Positions 1-8,777 of a stretch of 64,000 nt of DNA are shown here, piece after piece; position 1 is the first letter of the stretch; each line of letters opens with the position of its first letter. Both the position numbers and the translations under genes were made by a program. The DNA is taken from contig CALWHB010000002.1 in the NCBI GenBank assembly GCA_944380275.1, positions 19,576 to 83,575 of the forward strand. Reading direction: 5' to 3'. Source of the DNA: an uncultured Christensenellaceae bacterium (GTDB lineage Bacteria > Bacillota > Clostridia > Christensenellales > UBA3700). Below the pieces are notes generated by a model. The model searched no databases. It had not been told where the DNA came from and was given only the letters and a program-made list of their open reading frames with translations.

Positions 1-773
1 ACGTTATTGTAATCTGTCTGAGTCCATGCGGTCTGACCCTCTTCGACGTCGGTAAGGTTGGTGAGAGTTACGCTGTCGAAGAACGCCCAGCCCTTAGTCA
101 TGGAGTTTTCCATTTTAGAACCGTTGCCCAGAGAAAGGACGACGGTGATTGTCTGAGAAGAGATGTCGCTCGTTTCGATATAGGTAACGTATTCCTTCCA
201 CTCCCCTTCGGTATCGATTGCCTCAAAAGCAGCATAAGCCGCGCCGTTTACATAAATGTATGCGCCGCTTTTGCCTTCGTTGTAATCGCTGACGGATTTG
301 TCAATGCCGATTGTCTTGACCCATACGGAGAGTTTGTAGTAAGAGGACTTGTCCAGCGTAACGCTTGCCGAGGTATATTTGTGGACGGTAGAAACCTTAT
401 TGTATATCATAAGGATATTGTCGTCTTCGCCTATCTTGCCGGGGTTAGCTGCGCCGCCGTAAGTCTTGCTGTTGCTGCGGTAAGTCTTATCTTCGGTACT
501 GATTATACCGAAGATAAGATTGTCGCTGCCGCTGGGAGTCTTATAGCTTTCGCTACTGCTGGTTGAGCCGGCAGCTCCCGTCCAGTTTGACGGGATAAGA
601 GGATAGCTTGTGCCGCTCGAGCCGCTGAAACTGCCGTTGGTGAAAAGCTCGGTAGTATTCTCTTCGCTTGTTTCGGGCGTAGTGTCGTCGTTACATGCGA
701 CAAACGACGCAACGAGGGCGATGCAGAGAACTATCGAAATCACTGTGAGCAAAAATTTCTTGTTCCTTTTCAT
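1..773 (-). CDS. Secreted lipoprotein with a carbohydrate-binding-module-like (CBM4/9-like) domain; runs off the window start
   Basis: Not in the ORF track. Hand translation from ATG at 773: MKRNKKFLLTVISIVLCIALVASFVACNDD... (lipobox FVA-C), then FTNGSF...NW...YYKLSVWVKT...EWKEY...AFFDSVTL, a CBM-like pattern. SD AAGGTGG upstream; open to base 1. Confidence 0.75.
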   Translation of the reverse strand, partial: MKRNKKFLLTVISIVLCIALVASFVACNDDTTPETSEENTTELFTNGSFSGSSGTSYPLIPSNWTGAAGSTSSSESYKTPSGSDNLIFGIISTEDKTYRSNSKTYGGAANPGKIGEDDNILMIYNKVSTVHKYTSASVTLDKSSYYKLSVWVKTIGIDKSVSDYNEGKSGAYIYVNGAAYAAFEAIDTEGEWKEYVTYIETSDISSQTITVVLSLGNGSKMENSMTKGWAFFDSVTLTNLTDVEEGQTAWTQTDYNN

Positions 774-842
774 TTAACCACCTTTGTCAGTTATTGATTT
801 CCTTATTATTATAAACAGGCGCGCGCCTGTCCAACTCTAATA

Positions 843-871
843 ATTATATAGTACCGCTGCGATAAAATCAA
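843..871 (-). promoter_or_regulatory. sigmaA-type promoter for the lipoprotein gene
   Basis: Minus strand TTGATT-17 nt-TATAAT. Confidence 0.65.
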
Positions 872-1046
872 ATAAAAACGCCTATATTTATTATAAACTT
901 TTAGCGCGAAAACAAAAGAGAAAGTTTTATTAAAAAAGAATTAAACCGCACGTCGTGCCGGATATGGAGCATCATAGGAACAATGCAAGCATGTCTTTGC
1001 GTAAGCTTTGAGCTGCTTTCACAACAGAAAATTTTAAAACACTCTT

Positions 1047-1469
1047 TTAAAGGAAACGCTGGGGCAGCATCTTATAAATTTTTGACATCAACGACTTCCA
1101 CGCTTTTAAAACGCGGGAAATCAGCATTAAGCAGGCAAGGCATACGAGAAATACCGCAAAACCTTTTGAAAGCGCGTCCGCTGAAACTTTCTGAGCAAGT
1201 AAAGAAGACGCGGCGCAGGTAGCCGCGGCGGGCAAAGCAATCAGCAACGCCTTTTTCAGGTCGAGAAGTTTGTTTTTTGCATGTACTATACACGCAAAAA
1301 TACTCATAGGAATAAAGGAGATAAGATTTATCGCGGCTGCCTGCTTTCCGTTTACGTCGAGAAAAACGGTAAGCAGAGGGATAAGCAGAGTGCCGCCTCC
1401 CAGTCCCATGCCGCCCATTATGCCGCCTGCAATTCCGGCGAGGATATAAAAAACCAATGAGTGCGTCAT
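1047..1469 (-). CDS. Sulfite exporter TauE/SafE family protein (half-size)
   Basis: GIAGGIMGGMGLGGGTLLIP motif, hydrophobic; start MTHSL at 1469 overlaps the upstream stop (ATGA). Confidence 0.85.
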   Translation of the reverse strand: MTHSLVFYILAGIAGGIMGGMGLGGGTLLIPLLTVFLDVNGKQAAAINLISFIPMSIFACIVHAKNKLLDLKKALLIALPAAATCAASSLLAQKVSADALSKGFAVFLVCLACLMLISRVLKAWKSLMSKIYKMLPQRFL

Positions 1470-1858
1470 TTCAAAAGCATCCTTATTCCTGCAGCAAGCA
1501 TAACGCCGTAGAATATAAATTCCAGCAGGGAAGACGATATTTTTTTGAGAATAACAGAGCCTGCAATACCGCCGATTATAACGGCACCGCATACATAATA
1601 GCCGAAATCGGGATTGAAATTGCCTCCTATGATATAAATAACCGCGCTAACGGCAGAAAGCGGCAGTATCGCCGCAACGGCTGTGGCGTGCGCTCTTTTG
1701 GGTTCCATACCCTGAATCAGCGTGTATGCAGGGACTGCAAGCATGCCGCCTCCTCCGCCGAACAGTCCGTTTGCGACACCGGTAAGCAATGCAGCAAAGA
1801 CGGTTGCCGCAGTTGCGGTTTTTTTATGTGAGGCAAAAAACTCTTTTATCCTTTCCAT
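1466..1858 (-). CDS. Sulfite exporter TauE/SafE family protein (half-size)
   Basis: GVANGLFGGGGGMLAVP and AHATAVA motifs; likely start MERIK at 1858. Confidence 0.85.
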   Translation of the reverse strand: MERIKEFFASHKKTATAATVFAALLTGVANGLFGGGGGMLAVPAYTLIQGMEPKRAHATAVAAILPLSAVSAVIYIIGGNFNPDFGYYVCGAVIIGGIAGSVILKKISSSLLEFIFYGVMLAAGIRMLLK

Positions 1859-2050
1859 AATCATAGGGTGTGCAATATACCTTTCCGTATACATGGCTTT
1901 AAATTGTCTATTGTATGCGCAGACGTACTTATGCGGATATGCAGATAAGCGCATATCGGTATATGAATACTGCACGTACGTTCAGATGAAAATATGAATA
2001 TACGCTTATGCGTTTTGTGTATAAAGTGCAGAGAAGAATATCCGGCTTGT

Positions 2051-2079
2051 GCATAAAAGTCTTAGACAAAGAATATCGT
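2051..2079 (+). promoter_or_regulatory. Putative sigmaE promoter of spoIIID
   Basis: GCATAAA-14 nt-AATATCGT fits sigmaE spacing and consensus; spoIIID is sigmaE-dependent in Bacillus and Clostridia. Confidence 0.5.
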
Positions 2080-2106
2080 GTAATGAAAAGCAAAACGGGG
2101 GATGTC

Positions 2107-2388
2107 ATGAAACCTGAATACTGTCAAAGGGCGATAGACGAGGCAGAGTATATTATAAGCCGCAACGCTACTGTAAGAGAGTGTGCGGCGGTTTTCGGTG
2201 TGGGCAAAAGCACGGTTCACACAGACGTAACTAAAAAGCTGAAATATCTTGACAAAGAACTTTTTGAAGGGGTTTCCGAAGTCCTCAAAGTCAATTTGTC
2301 AGAAAGACACCTGAGGGGCGGCATAAGCACAAAAAAGCTTTACGAAGAAAAGAAAACCCGTGTTAATCAACACGGGCAGCAATTTTAA
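2107..2388 (+). CDS. spoIIID: Sporulation transcriptional regulator SpoIIID
   Basis: YII...ATVRECAAVFGVGKSTVHTDVT...ERHLRGG signature; start MKPEY after GGGGGA. Confidence 0.93.
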   Translation: MKPEYCQRAIDEAEYIISRNATVRECAAVFGVGKSTVHTDVTKKLKYLDKELFEGVSEVLKVNLSERHLRGGISTKKLYEEKKTRVNQHGQQF

Positions 2389-2400
2389 TACGGTATGTTT

Positions 2401-3168
2401 TCAGCTTTTCGTATGAGCGTCTTTGTCGTTTTCAGGGCATGAGCGGCATTTATCCCACAGATTGTTTCTTGCGGGATTGAACAGGGCAGAAAGCATGAGT
2501 TTTTTGCTGCCGTCAAAACGGGTGTCGAGTTCTTCGACAAGGTTTTTCATGTCTTCTCTGCGTGTATGTTTGTCTTCGGGACAAGGATTGTGAACTATAG
2601 GCAGGTCGTATCTTCTGCAAAGACCTGCAAGATATTTTTCTTCTGCATATATAAAAGGACGTATCAGAGTTATACCCGTTCTGTCCATATAGCTTACCGG
2701 CATGAAGGTGGACAATCTGCCTTCGTGAAGAAGACTTAAAAAGAAGGTGTCCAGGATGTCGTCGGCATGGTGCGCAAGAGCGAGTTTGTTGCATCCGTTT
2801 GCAATAGCTGCTGAATTGAGCGCGCCTCTTCGCATTTTAGAGCAAAGACTGCAGGGGGATTTTTCCTTGCGTTCGTCGAAGATAATCTGAGCTATCTGTG
2901 TATGCTCTATTACGAGAGGTACGTTTACGCTTTCGCAGTAATCGCGCAGCTTTTTCACTTCGGTTTCATTTGTGTCTGCAAAACCGAGGTCTATGTTTAT
3001 TGCGACGAGGTCAAATTTTTCGGGCGCGAATTTTTTGTAAGCAGCCAGTATCGCAAGCAGGGCGGTGCTGTCTTTTCCTCCGCTCACGCCTATTGCGATT
3101 CTGTCGCCGTCCTTTATCATATTGTAGTCGTTTAAAGCCTTTCTCGTAAGGCTGAGTAATTTTTGCAT
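2401..3168 (-). CDS. ttcA: tRNA 2-thiocytidine biosynthesis protein TtcA
   Basis: PP-loop SGGKDS, CSLCSKMRRG, AHHADD, LIRP. Confidence 0.9.
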   Translation of the reverse strand: MQKLLSLTRKALNDYNMIKDGDRIAIGVSGGKDSTALLAILAAYKKFAPEKFDLVAINIDLGFADTNETEVKKLRDYCESVNVPLVIEHTQIAQIIFDERKEKSPCSLCSKMRRGALNSAAIANGCNKLALAHHADDILDTFFLSLLHEGRLSTFMPVSYMDRTGITLIRPFIYAEEKYLAGLCRRYDLPIVHNPCPEDKHTRREDMKNLVEELDTRFDGSKKLMLSALFNPARNNLWDKCRSCPENDKDAHTKS

Positions 3169-3272
3169 ACAACTATATTAGTATAAAAACGCTGCGATTG
3201 CAACAAAAAATAATTTTGAAGACATATCGTTGACTTAAATTTGTGAGTTTTATATAATTATACGGGTGAAAT

Positions 3273-4118
3273 ATGACAGACGCTATAATAACTTTTTTTG
3301 AAAACACTTTAAAAAACGACATCCTGACGATAATATTTATCGCCGCGGTGCCTATTATCGAATTGCGCGGCAGTATTCCCGTCGGGGTAGCGATGGGTAT
3401 GCCTCTCTGGGAGGCATTTATATGGGCATGGGTCGGTTCTTCGCTCGTATGCCCGGTTCTGCTTTTGATACTTCGTCCCGTACTTGACTGGATGAAAAAG
3501 ACAAAGTGGTTCCGTTCTCTCGCTCTCGCGGTTGAGGGAACTTTCCGTTCAAGGGCAGAAAAAGTGGTAAAAGAATCTGAGAGAAACGACCCGAAAAAAA
3601 TGAAAAAGAAGATGCTGGGCGTTTACGCTTTCGTTGCGGTTCCTCTTCCTCTGACGGGAGTATGGACGGGCAGCGCGATAGCGGCGTTTCTCGACATGCC
3701 TTTCTGGAAGGCACTCGTAAGCGTTTTGCTGGGAAATCTGACTGCCGGTGCGATAGTAACCTTGCTTACTTATTTCTTCAAAGACTACGTCGACATAATT
3801 CTTACCGTATTTCTGATAATAGTGCTTGTCGTACTCGTTTTTTATATCGTCATGGTGGCAATCAAAATAGCAAAAAACAAGAAAGCCGAAAAAGAGGCGG
3901 CATTGACCGGTGATTCCGTTGCCGCTGATAAAAAGCATGATGAGGAAAATGTTGCAGACTGCGCGGATTGCGGAGTTGAAGACAAGGGATATTCAGAGAA
4001 AAAAGACGACGTTTCGCTCAATGCGCGTTTTGAAAAGGATTGCGACGAACCCCCGAAACTCGTGGCAAAAAACACTTCTGGAAAAAATGGCGGAGAGTCT
4101 GACGGGAAGTCTGATTAA
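3273..4118 (+). CDS. COG2426 / small multidrug export family membrane protein with an acidic C-terminal tail
   Basis: PIIELRGSIP and FVAVPLPLTGVWTG motifs; upstream TTGACT-17-TATAAT (3230-3258). Confidence 0.85.
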   Translation: MTDAIITFFENTLKNDILTIIFIAAVPIIELRGSIPVGVAMGMPLWEAFIWAWVGSSLVCPVLLLILRPVLDWMKKTKWFRSLALAVEGTFRSRAEKVVKESERNDPKKMKKKMLGVYAFVAVPLPLTGVWTGSAIAAFLDMPFWKALVSVLLGNLTAGAIVTLLTYFFKDYVDIILTVFLIIVLVVLVFYIVMVAIKIAKNKKAEKEAALTGDSVAADKKHDEENVADCADCGVEDKGYSEKKDDVSLNARFEKDCDEPPKLVAKNTSGKNGGESDGKSD

Positions 4119-4194
4119 ACCGTTTGAAAAAGAATTTCAGGCATAAAGACAGCCTCTTAGCTGCTTTAAAAAATAATCGGCTTGATTGCCGGTG

Positions 4195-4224
4195 AAAAAA
4201 AACGGAGCGCGCTCCGTTTTTTTT
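4195..4224. terminator. Bidirectional intrinsic terminator
   Basis: A8-CGGAGC-GC-GCTCCG-T8 between convergent genes. Confidence 0.8.
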
Positions 4225-4349
4225 GTGTTTAAATTTATTGTCTGCAAAATATGTCTTGTCTCTGAGATTCAGATAAAGCAATCGTCAATCCGCGTCCGTA
4301 CGTTTGAATTGTTCAAAGCTCCGTTTGACAGGCGGTTGCAAACCTGAAA

Positions 4350-5234
4350 TCAGATATTTCTGTCAGAGCATAGCAGGACTACCGCAAGCATACCGGCTCC
4401 GACGTGAGAACCTATTACTGAGCCGACGTCGAAAATCACCGTATTTTCCACACCGAGTTCTTCTTTGACCGCTTTTTCGAGGGCAACGGCGTCCTCGTAT
4501 GCGTCCGCATGGCCTATGCCGACGAGTTTTTGCTGTTCAGGGGGCAGCATTTTCTTTTTTGCCAGTTCAATCACACCTCTCATGGCGCGTTTTTTTGAAA
4601 TCGCCTTTGTTACGGGGATGAGTTTTCCTTCGGAGTTGATGTGAAGTATAGGTTTTATGTGCAGAGTTGCACCTATGAAAGCCTCGGCTTTTGTAACTCT
4701 GCCCGTACGGCAAAGATGGTTTATGTCCTCGATTGTAAAGAAACCGCACGACTGATTGCTGAGTTTTTCGACAAGGCTTACGCACTCGTCGTAAGTCGCA
4801 CCGTTTTCGCGGGCGCGGAGGGCGTAATATGCAATCAGACCTTCGACGAAACACGCAGCTTTTGAGTCGACCACGGTAATTCTGCGGTCAGGGAATTCTT
4901 CTCTCAGTTCCTTTGCGGCGGCGCATATCTGGTCGAAAGTTCCGCTCAGCTGAGAAGAAAAACCCACGTGGATTATATCGAAACCTTTTTCAAGATAAGG
5001 GGTAAAAAATTCTTTTGCCGTATATGCCGTCACCATTGCGGTCGTAGGCAAATCTTCTTTGGTTTTAGCATTTCGGCATGCGTCGTAAAATTCTTTAGGC
5101 GTAAGCTTTCTGGCATCGCCGTCATAATCTTCGCCGCATACGCTGTACGACATCGGTATGATTGCAAAATCCTTTTCCTTGATAGAAACAGGGTAGTCGC
5201 TTGTTGCCTCGGTCGTAATCAAATAGCTACTCAT
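4350..5234 (-). CDS. DegV family fatty-acid-binding protein
   Basis: SSQLSGT, VVDSKAA, GRV..AEA..G..L.IKPIL, VIGSHVG motifs; start MSSYL at 5234. Confidence 0.92.
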   Translation of the reverse strand: MSSYLITTEATSDYPVSIKEKDFAIIPMSYSVCGEDYDGDARKLTPKEFYDACRNAKTKEDLPTTAMVTAYTAKEFFTPYLEKGFDIIHVGFSSQLSGTFDQICAAAKELREEFPDRRITVVDSKAACFVEGLIAYYALRARENGATYDECVSLVEKLSNQSCGFFTIEDINHLCRTGRVTKAEAFIGATLHIKPILHINSEGKLIPVTKAISKKRAMRGVIELAKKKMLPPEQQKLVGIGHADAYEDAVALEKAVKEELGVENTVIFDVGSVIGSHVGAGMLAVVLLCSDRNI

Positions 5235-5586
5235 AACACATTTCCTTGTTGTTTTTTTTACATTTATCAAAAATACGTACAGTTTCGTACGGATAATATC
5301 ATAATACATTAGCAGGTTAAATATGTCAACGAAAAAAATTGTCGTACGATTGCCGTCTGTCGTGGTTGTGTTTTGCGATAAATATATTATTACGTTACAA
5401 AACGGCATATTTTGGCTAAAAGCAGTATTTTTGAACCTGAATTATGGATAATATTAAAATAAGTTGTACAAATTGTGCATAATTTGAAAGGAATTTTACT
5501 TGATTTTTACACGCAACTAATATAAACTATATATTGACCCGAAAAAACGAAAAACAAAAAAGGGCAGTTATTATAAGGAGAAGAAT

Positions 5587-6555
5587 ATGAAAAAGTTCAT
5601 TATCGCAATCGTTTCCGTTCTCGTGATTTCGCTTGTTTGTGCATCTTTCGTAGGTTGCAAGGACCCCAACGTAAACACGAGCGGTATTGAAGGATTCGGT
5701 TCTACAAAGCCGACGGCAGAACCTGCTACCGCAATAAACGGAGATATGTCCGCTATCGAAATGCTGATGGCAGGCGTTGACAACTACTATGCGGCAGATT
5801 ATGTTGCATCCAACAGCGTAGGCGCGCTTGTTACCGAGGTTCTCGGACTCAAGTTTACTCAGTTCGTTAAATCTCAGGGTATCAGACAGGGCAGCGCGAA
5901 CGGCGACTACAAGCAGTTCAGCAACAACCTTTCCGGAAGTATCGGTACTTCTTTGATGACCGTTTACATTTGGGAAGAAACCGCTTACGACAAGACCAAC
6001 GGTGCAGAAACCATCTATTTCCGCAACGGTCTGAAGAAGGACCTCGGCGTTGTCGATTACGGTGACGGCACTTACGATATGGCTTTCAAAGAGGGCAAGA
6101 CCTTCCAGCCTGTTGAAAAGTTCACCGACGTTTCCGCTTATCAGTCTTCCAAGGCTGCTAACCCCACCAAAATCTGGATGTACGATATTGACGAAACGAC
6201 TTATATCGTTGACCAGAGCGTAGAGCCTGTAGACAACAAGGACGGCACTTACACCTTCACCATCGTTGCAGACCCCAAGCTCTCCACCGTTGAATATACA
6301 GAGCAGATGATGTACATGCTCGGTTCAAGCGGCGTTTCTCCCGACGGTTTCGAATTCAAAGAAATCAAGCTTGAAATCACCATCTGGGAAAACGGCTACT
6401 TCAAGAGCCTCAAGCTTACGGAGTCCTACTACATGCAGGTTGCGGGATTCATCGATACCACGATAACCCTCAACAGCACCAGACAGTTCTCTTATGTCGA
6501 CAGTGAAAAAGGTTTCACTCCCACTGACCTCGCACAGAAGATGTTCACTGACTGA
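5587..6555 (+). CDS. Hypothetical lipoprotein
   Basis: Signal peptide with lipobox FVG-C, SD AAGGAG, 322 aa, own terminator. Confidence 0.8.
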   Translation: MKKFIIAIVSVLVISLVCASFVGCKDPNVNTSGIEGFGSTKPTAEPATAINGDMSAIEMLMAGVDNYYAADYVASNSVGALVTEVLGLKFTQFVKSQGIRQGSANGDYKQFSNNLSGSIGTSLMTVYIWEETAYDKTNGAETIYFRNGLKKDLGVVDYGDGTYDMAFKEGKTFQPVEKFTDVSAYQSSKAANPTKIWMYDIDETTYIVDQSVEPVDNKDGTYTFTIVADPKLSTVEYTEQMMYMLGSSGVSPDGFEFKEIKLEITIWENGYFKSLKLTESYYMQVAGFIDTTITLNSTRQFSYVDSEKGFTPTDLAQKMFTD

Positions 6556-6576
6556 GCCAATATTTGAACGAAATGC

Positions 6577-6607
6577 GCCGCCCGGAGAAATTCGGGCGGT
6601 ATTTTTT
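6577..6607 (+). terminator. Intrinsic terminator
   Basis: GCCGCCCGG-AGAAAT-TCGGGCGGT followed by a T run. Confidence 0.75.
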
Positions 6608-6979
6608 ATGCTTGTTTCGATTGCGCGTCGGGAAGACGTGCAAGTTTTTGCCGGGCAGGGTATATCCGCATATAAAAACGGGAACAGAGTCGTTATGCGT
6701 TCCGGAGAATATATGCCTTACAACTCAGAACGCACAAAGAAATAATACTGACAAATGAGATATGTGCGAGAAGTTCTGCTCTCTGTTTTACACGTTTAAA
6801 AAAGCTGAGATGCAAAGTCGCGTTTGTCAATTGACCGCGTATTTCTGTAGGATATTTTTTTAAATATTTGTTTTAATCATGCGCGTTTTTGCGTGAGCGC
6901 GCGCCTAATTTCAGATTTTGCTTGATTAAGTGCATAAAAGATTATATAATAATATAGGATGCAGTATTGGCAGAGGTTT

Positions 6980-7909
6980 ATGATGGAAAGAACGCATAAA
7001 TTTTCAAAAACTTTTTTCTGGACAGTCAATGCGATTGCCTTTGCGTTTTTTATTGCTCTTATGGTCGTTGCGACAAAGTTTGACCTGCAGATAAATCACG
7101 CTTTGTCTGACGGCGACAGCTTTTTTGCAGACTTGTTTTCTCTGATAGGAGAGTATCCCGCTTATTTTGCAGTTCCCGTCGGCGGGGTTATCGTGTTTTT
7201 CAACGCGCCGCTGTTTAAAGAAAAATATCAGCGTTTTCTCATACGTTTCGTAGGTGCGCTTGCGGTATTCGGCGGCTGGTTTTTCTTTTTATATGCGGGG
7301 ACTAAACTGACAGAACCTCCGCATCTCTTAGGATTATCGCTTGTCGGATGCGTCGGATTGGGCGCATTGACTCTTTGGGTAGGTTCGTTTGTCGAAACAA
7401 AAAAGATGAACAGACTTTTTAAATACGGCGTTTTTCTCATCGTATTCACGCTGGTAACTCTTGCGGTTATTCAGATAAGCAAAAACGTATTTTGCAGGAT
7501 GAGATACCGCGATATGCTAAAAGAGGGCAATTTTGACGGATTTACACCGTGGTACAAAATCAACATAGGGAGAGAAAATCCAAATCCTGACTATCATTAT
7601 TCGTCTTTTCCGTCCGGGCATACGTCCAGTGCCGCGCACGTTTTCGTGCTTTGCGTACTTTGCGATATTTTGCCTAAATGGAATAAAAAATCAGTCAGGG
7701 CGGCTCTCAATGTCGGATGTTTAATTTTTACGGTTGTGGTTGCAGTATCACGCATTGTGGACGATGCGCATTTCCTGTCAGACGTTCTTGCAGGAGGGTA
7801 CGCAACGTATCTTATTTTTGTTTTGTGCAGATACCTTTTCTTCGGTAAGGGTAAATATAATTTCCGTATAGCGGAAAATACAGTCGGGGGAGTGGAAAAT
7901 CTTGGATAA
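6980..7909 (+). CDS. PAP2 family membrane lipid phosphatase
   Basis: K...R.RY, SFPSGH, SRIVDDAHFLSDV motifs; TTGATT-17-TATAAT at 6922-6950; alternative start 6959. Confidence 0.88.
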   Translation: MMERTHKFSKTFFWTVNAIAFAFFIALMVVATKFDLQINHALSDGDSFFADLFSLIGEYPAYFAVPVGGVIVFFNAPLFKEKYQRFLIRFVGALAVFGGWFFFLYAGTKLTEPPHLLGLSLVGCVGLGALTLWVGSFVETKKMNRLFKYGVFLIVFTLVTLAVIQISKNVFCRMRYRDMLKEGNFDGFTPWYKINIGRENPNPDYHYSSFPSGHTSSAAHVFVLCVLCDILPKWNKKSVRAALNVGCLIFTVVVAVSRIVDDAHFLSDVLAGGYATYLIFVLCRYLFFGKGKYNFRIAENTVGGVENLG

Positions 7910-8777
7910 GAGAAAATTGTATATATGGTCCTCTTTTGTTGTGGCGGCTATTCTTGTATTTTTTGCGGTAGGCTCGCTTTTTGACCTGAAAGTGTCTGAA
8001 ATACTTTATTTCAGGAATAACGCTTTCGGAAAAATATACGAGGCGATTGGCAAAATGCCCGCATTTATAATCGCTGTTTTTGCCTGTTTTGCGCTCGGCG
8101 AAGAGGCTCACGTTAAGCAGCACAATCAGATAAAGAGATTTTTCTTTTATATATGCGGCTATTTTGCGGGAATATTTACGTTTATGGATTTCGGCGAGAT
8201 GCTGCTGTCGTCAAAGCTGTATGCGGCGATACTGGGAGCGGTACTTTCGCTGCCTCTTTCCGGCATAGCGTATATTGCTTTGAGAAACGTAGGCGAAGAC
8301 AAATTGTCTGCGCTTAAAAAGTGGGCGCTTGTCGCACTTTTTTCTGTCGCTGTAATAGGCGTTGCGGTTTTCCTTCTCAAGACAATCTGGGGAAGGGCGC
8401 GTTATGTCGATATTCAGACAAGCGACGCGCAGTATACCCCTTGGTATAAAATCGTGAGAACGGGTGGAGATTCTTTTCCGTCGGGGCATGCTGCTTTCGG
8501 AGGAACGCTTTTTCTTCTGCTGCCGCTTTGTGCGATTTTCGATAAGCTGAAAGGGAAAGAAAAGATTGTGTATGCAGTCGCGCTCGTGTTTGCCGCTATT
8601 GTCATGTTTGCCCGCATTACGGACGGACATCACTATCTCAGCGATGTATCTGTCGGATTCGGGATTGCTTTTGTCGTGCAGACAGCGGTAATGATTGCTG
8701 CATACGGCAAAGCGTTTGACAGGCAGACTTTTGATACAAGCAATAAACTGGAAAGGTTACTCGATGCAGTATTTTGA
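7902..8777 (+). CDS. PAP2 family membrane lipid phosphatase (tandem paralog)
   Basis: KTIWGRARY, SFPSGH, ARITDGHHYLSDV; TTG start overlapping the previous gene. Confidence 0.88.
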   Translation: MDKRKLYIWSSFVVAAILVFFAVGSLFDLKVSEILYFRNNAFGKIYEAIGKMPAFIIAVFACFALGEEAHVKQHNQIKRFFFYICGYFAGIFTFMDFGEMLLSSKLYAAILGAVLSLPLSGIAYIALRNVGEDKLSALKKWALVALFSVAVIGVAVFLLKTIWGRARYVDIQTSDAQYTPWYKIVRTGGDSFPSGHAAFGGTLFLLLPLCAIFDKLKGKEKIVYAVALVFAAIVMFARITDGHHYLSDVSVGFGIAFVVQTAVMIAAYGKAFDRQTFDTSNKLERLLDAVF

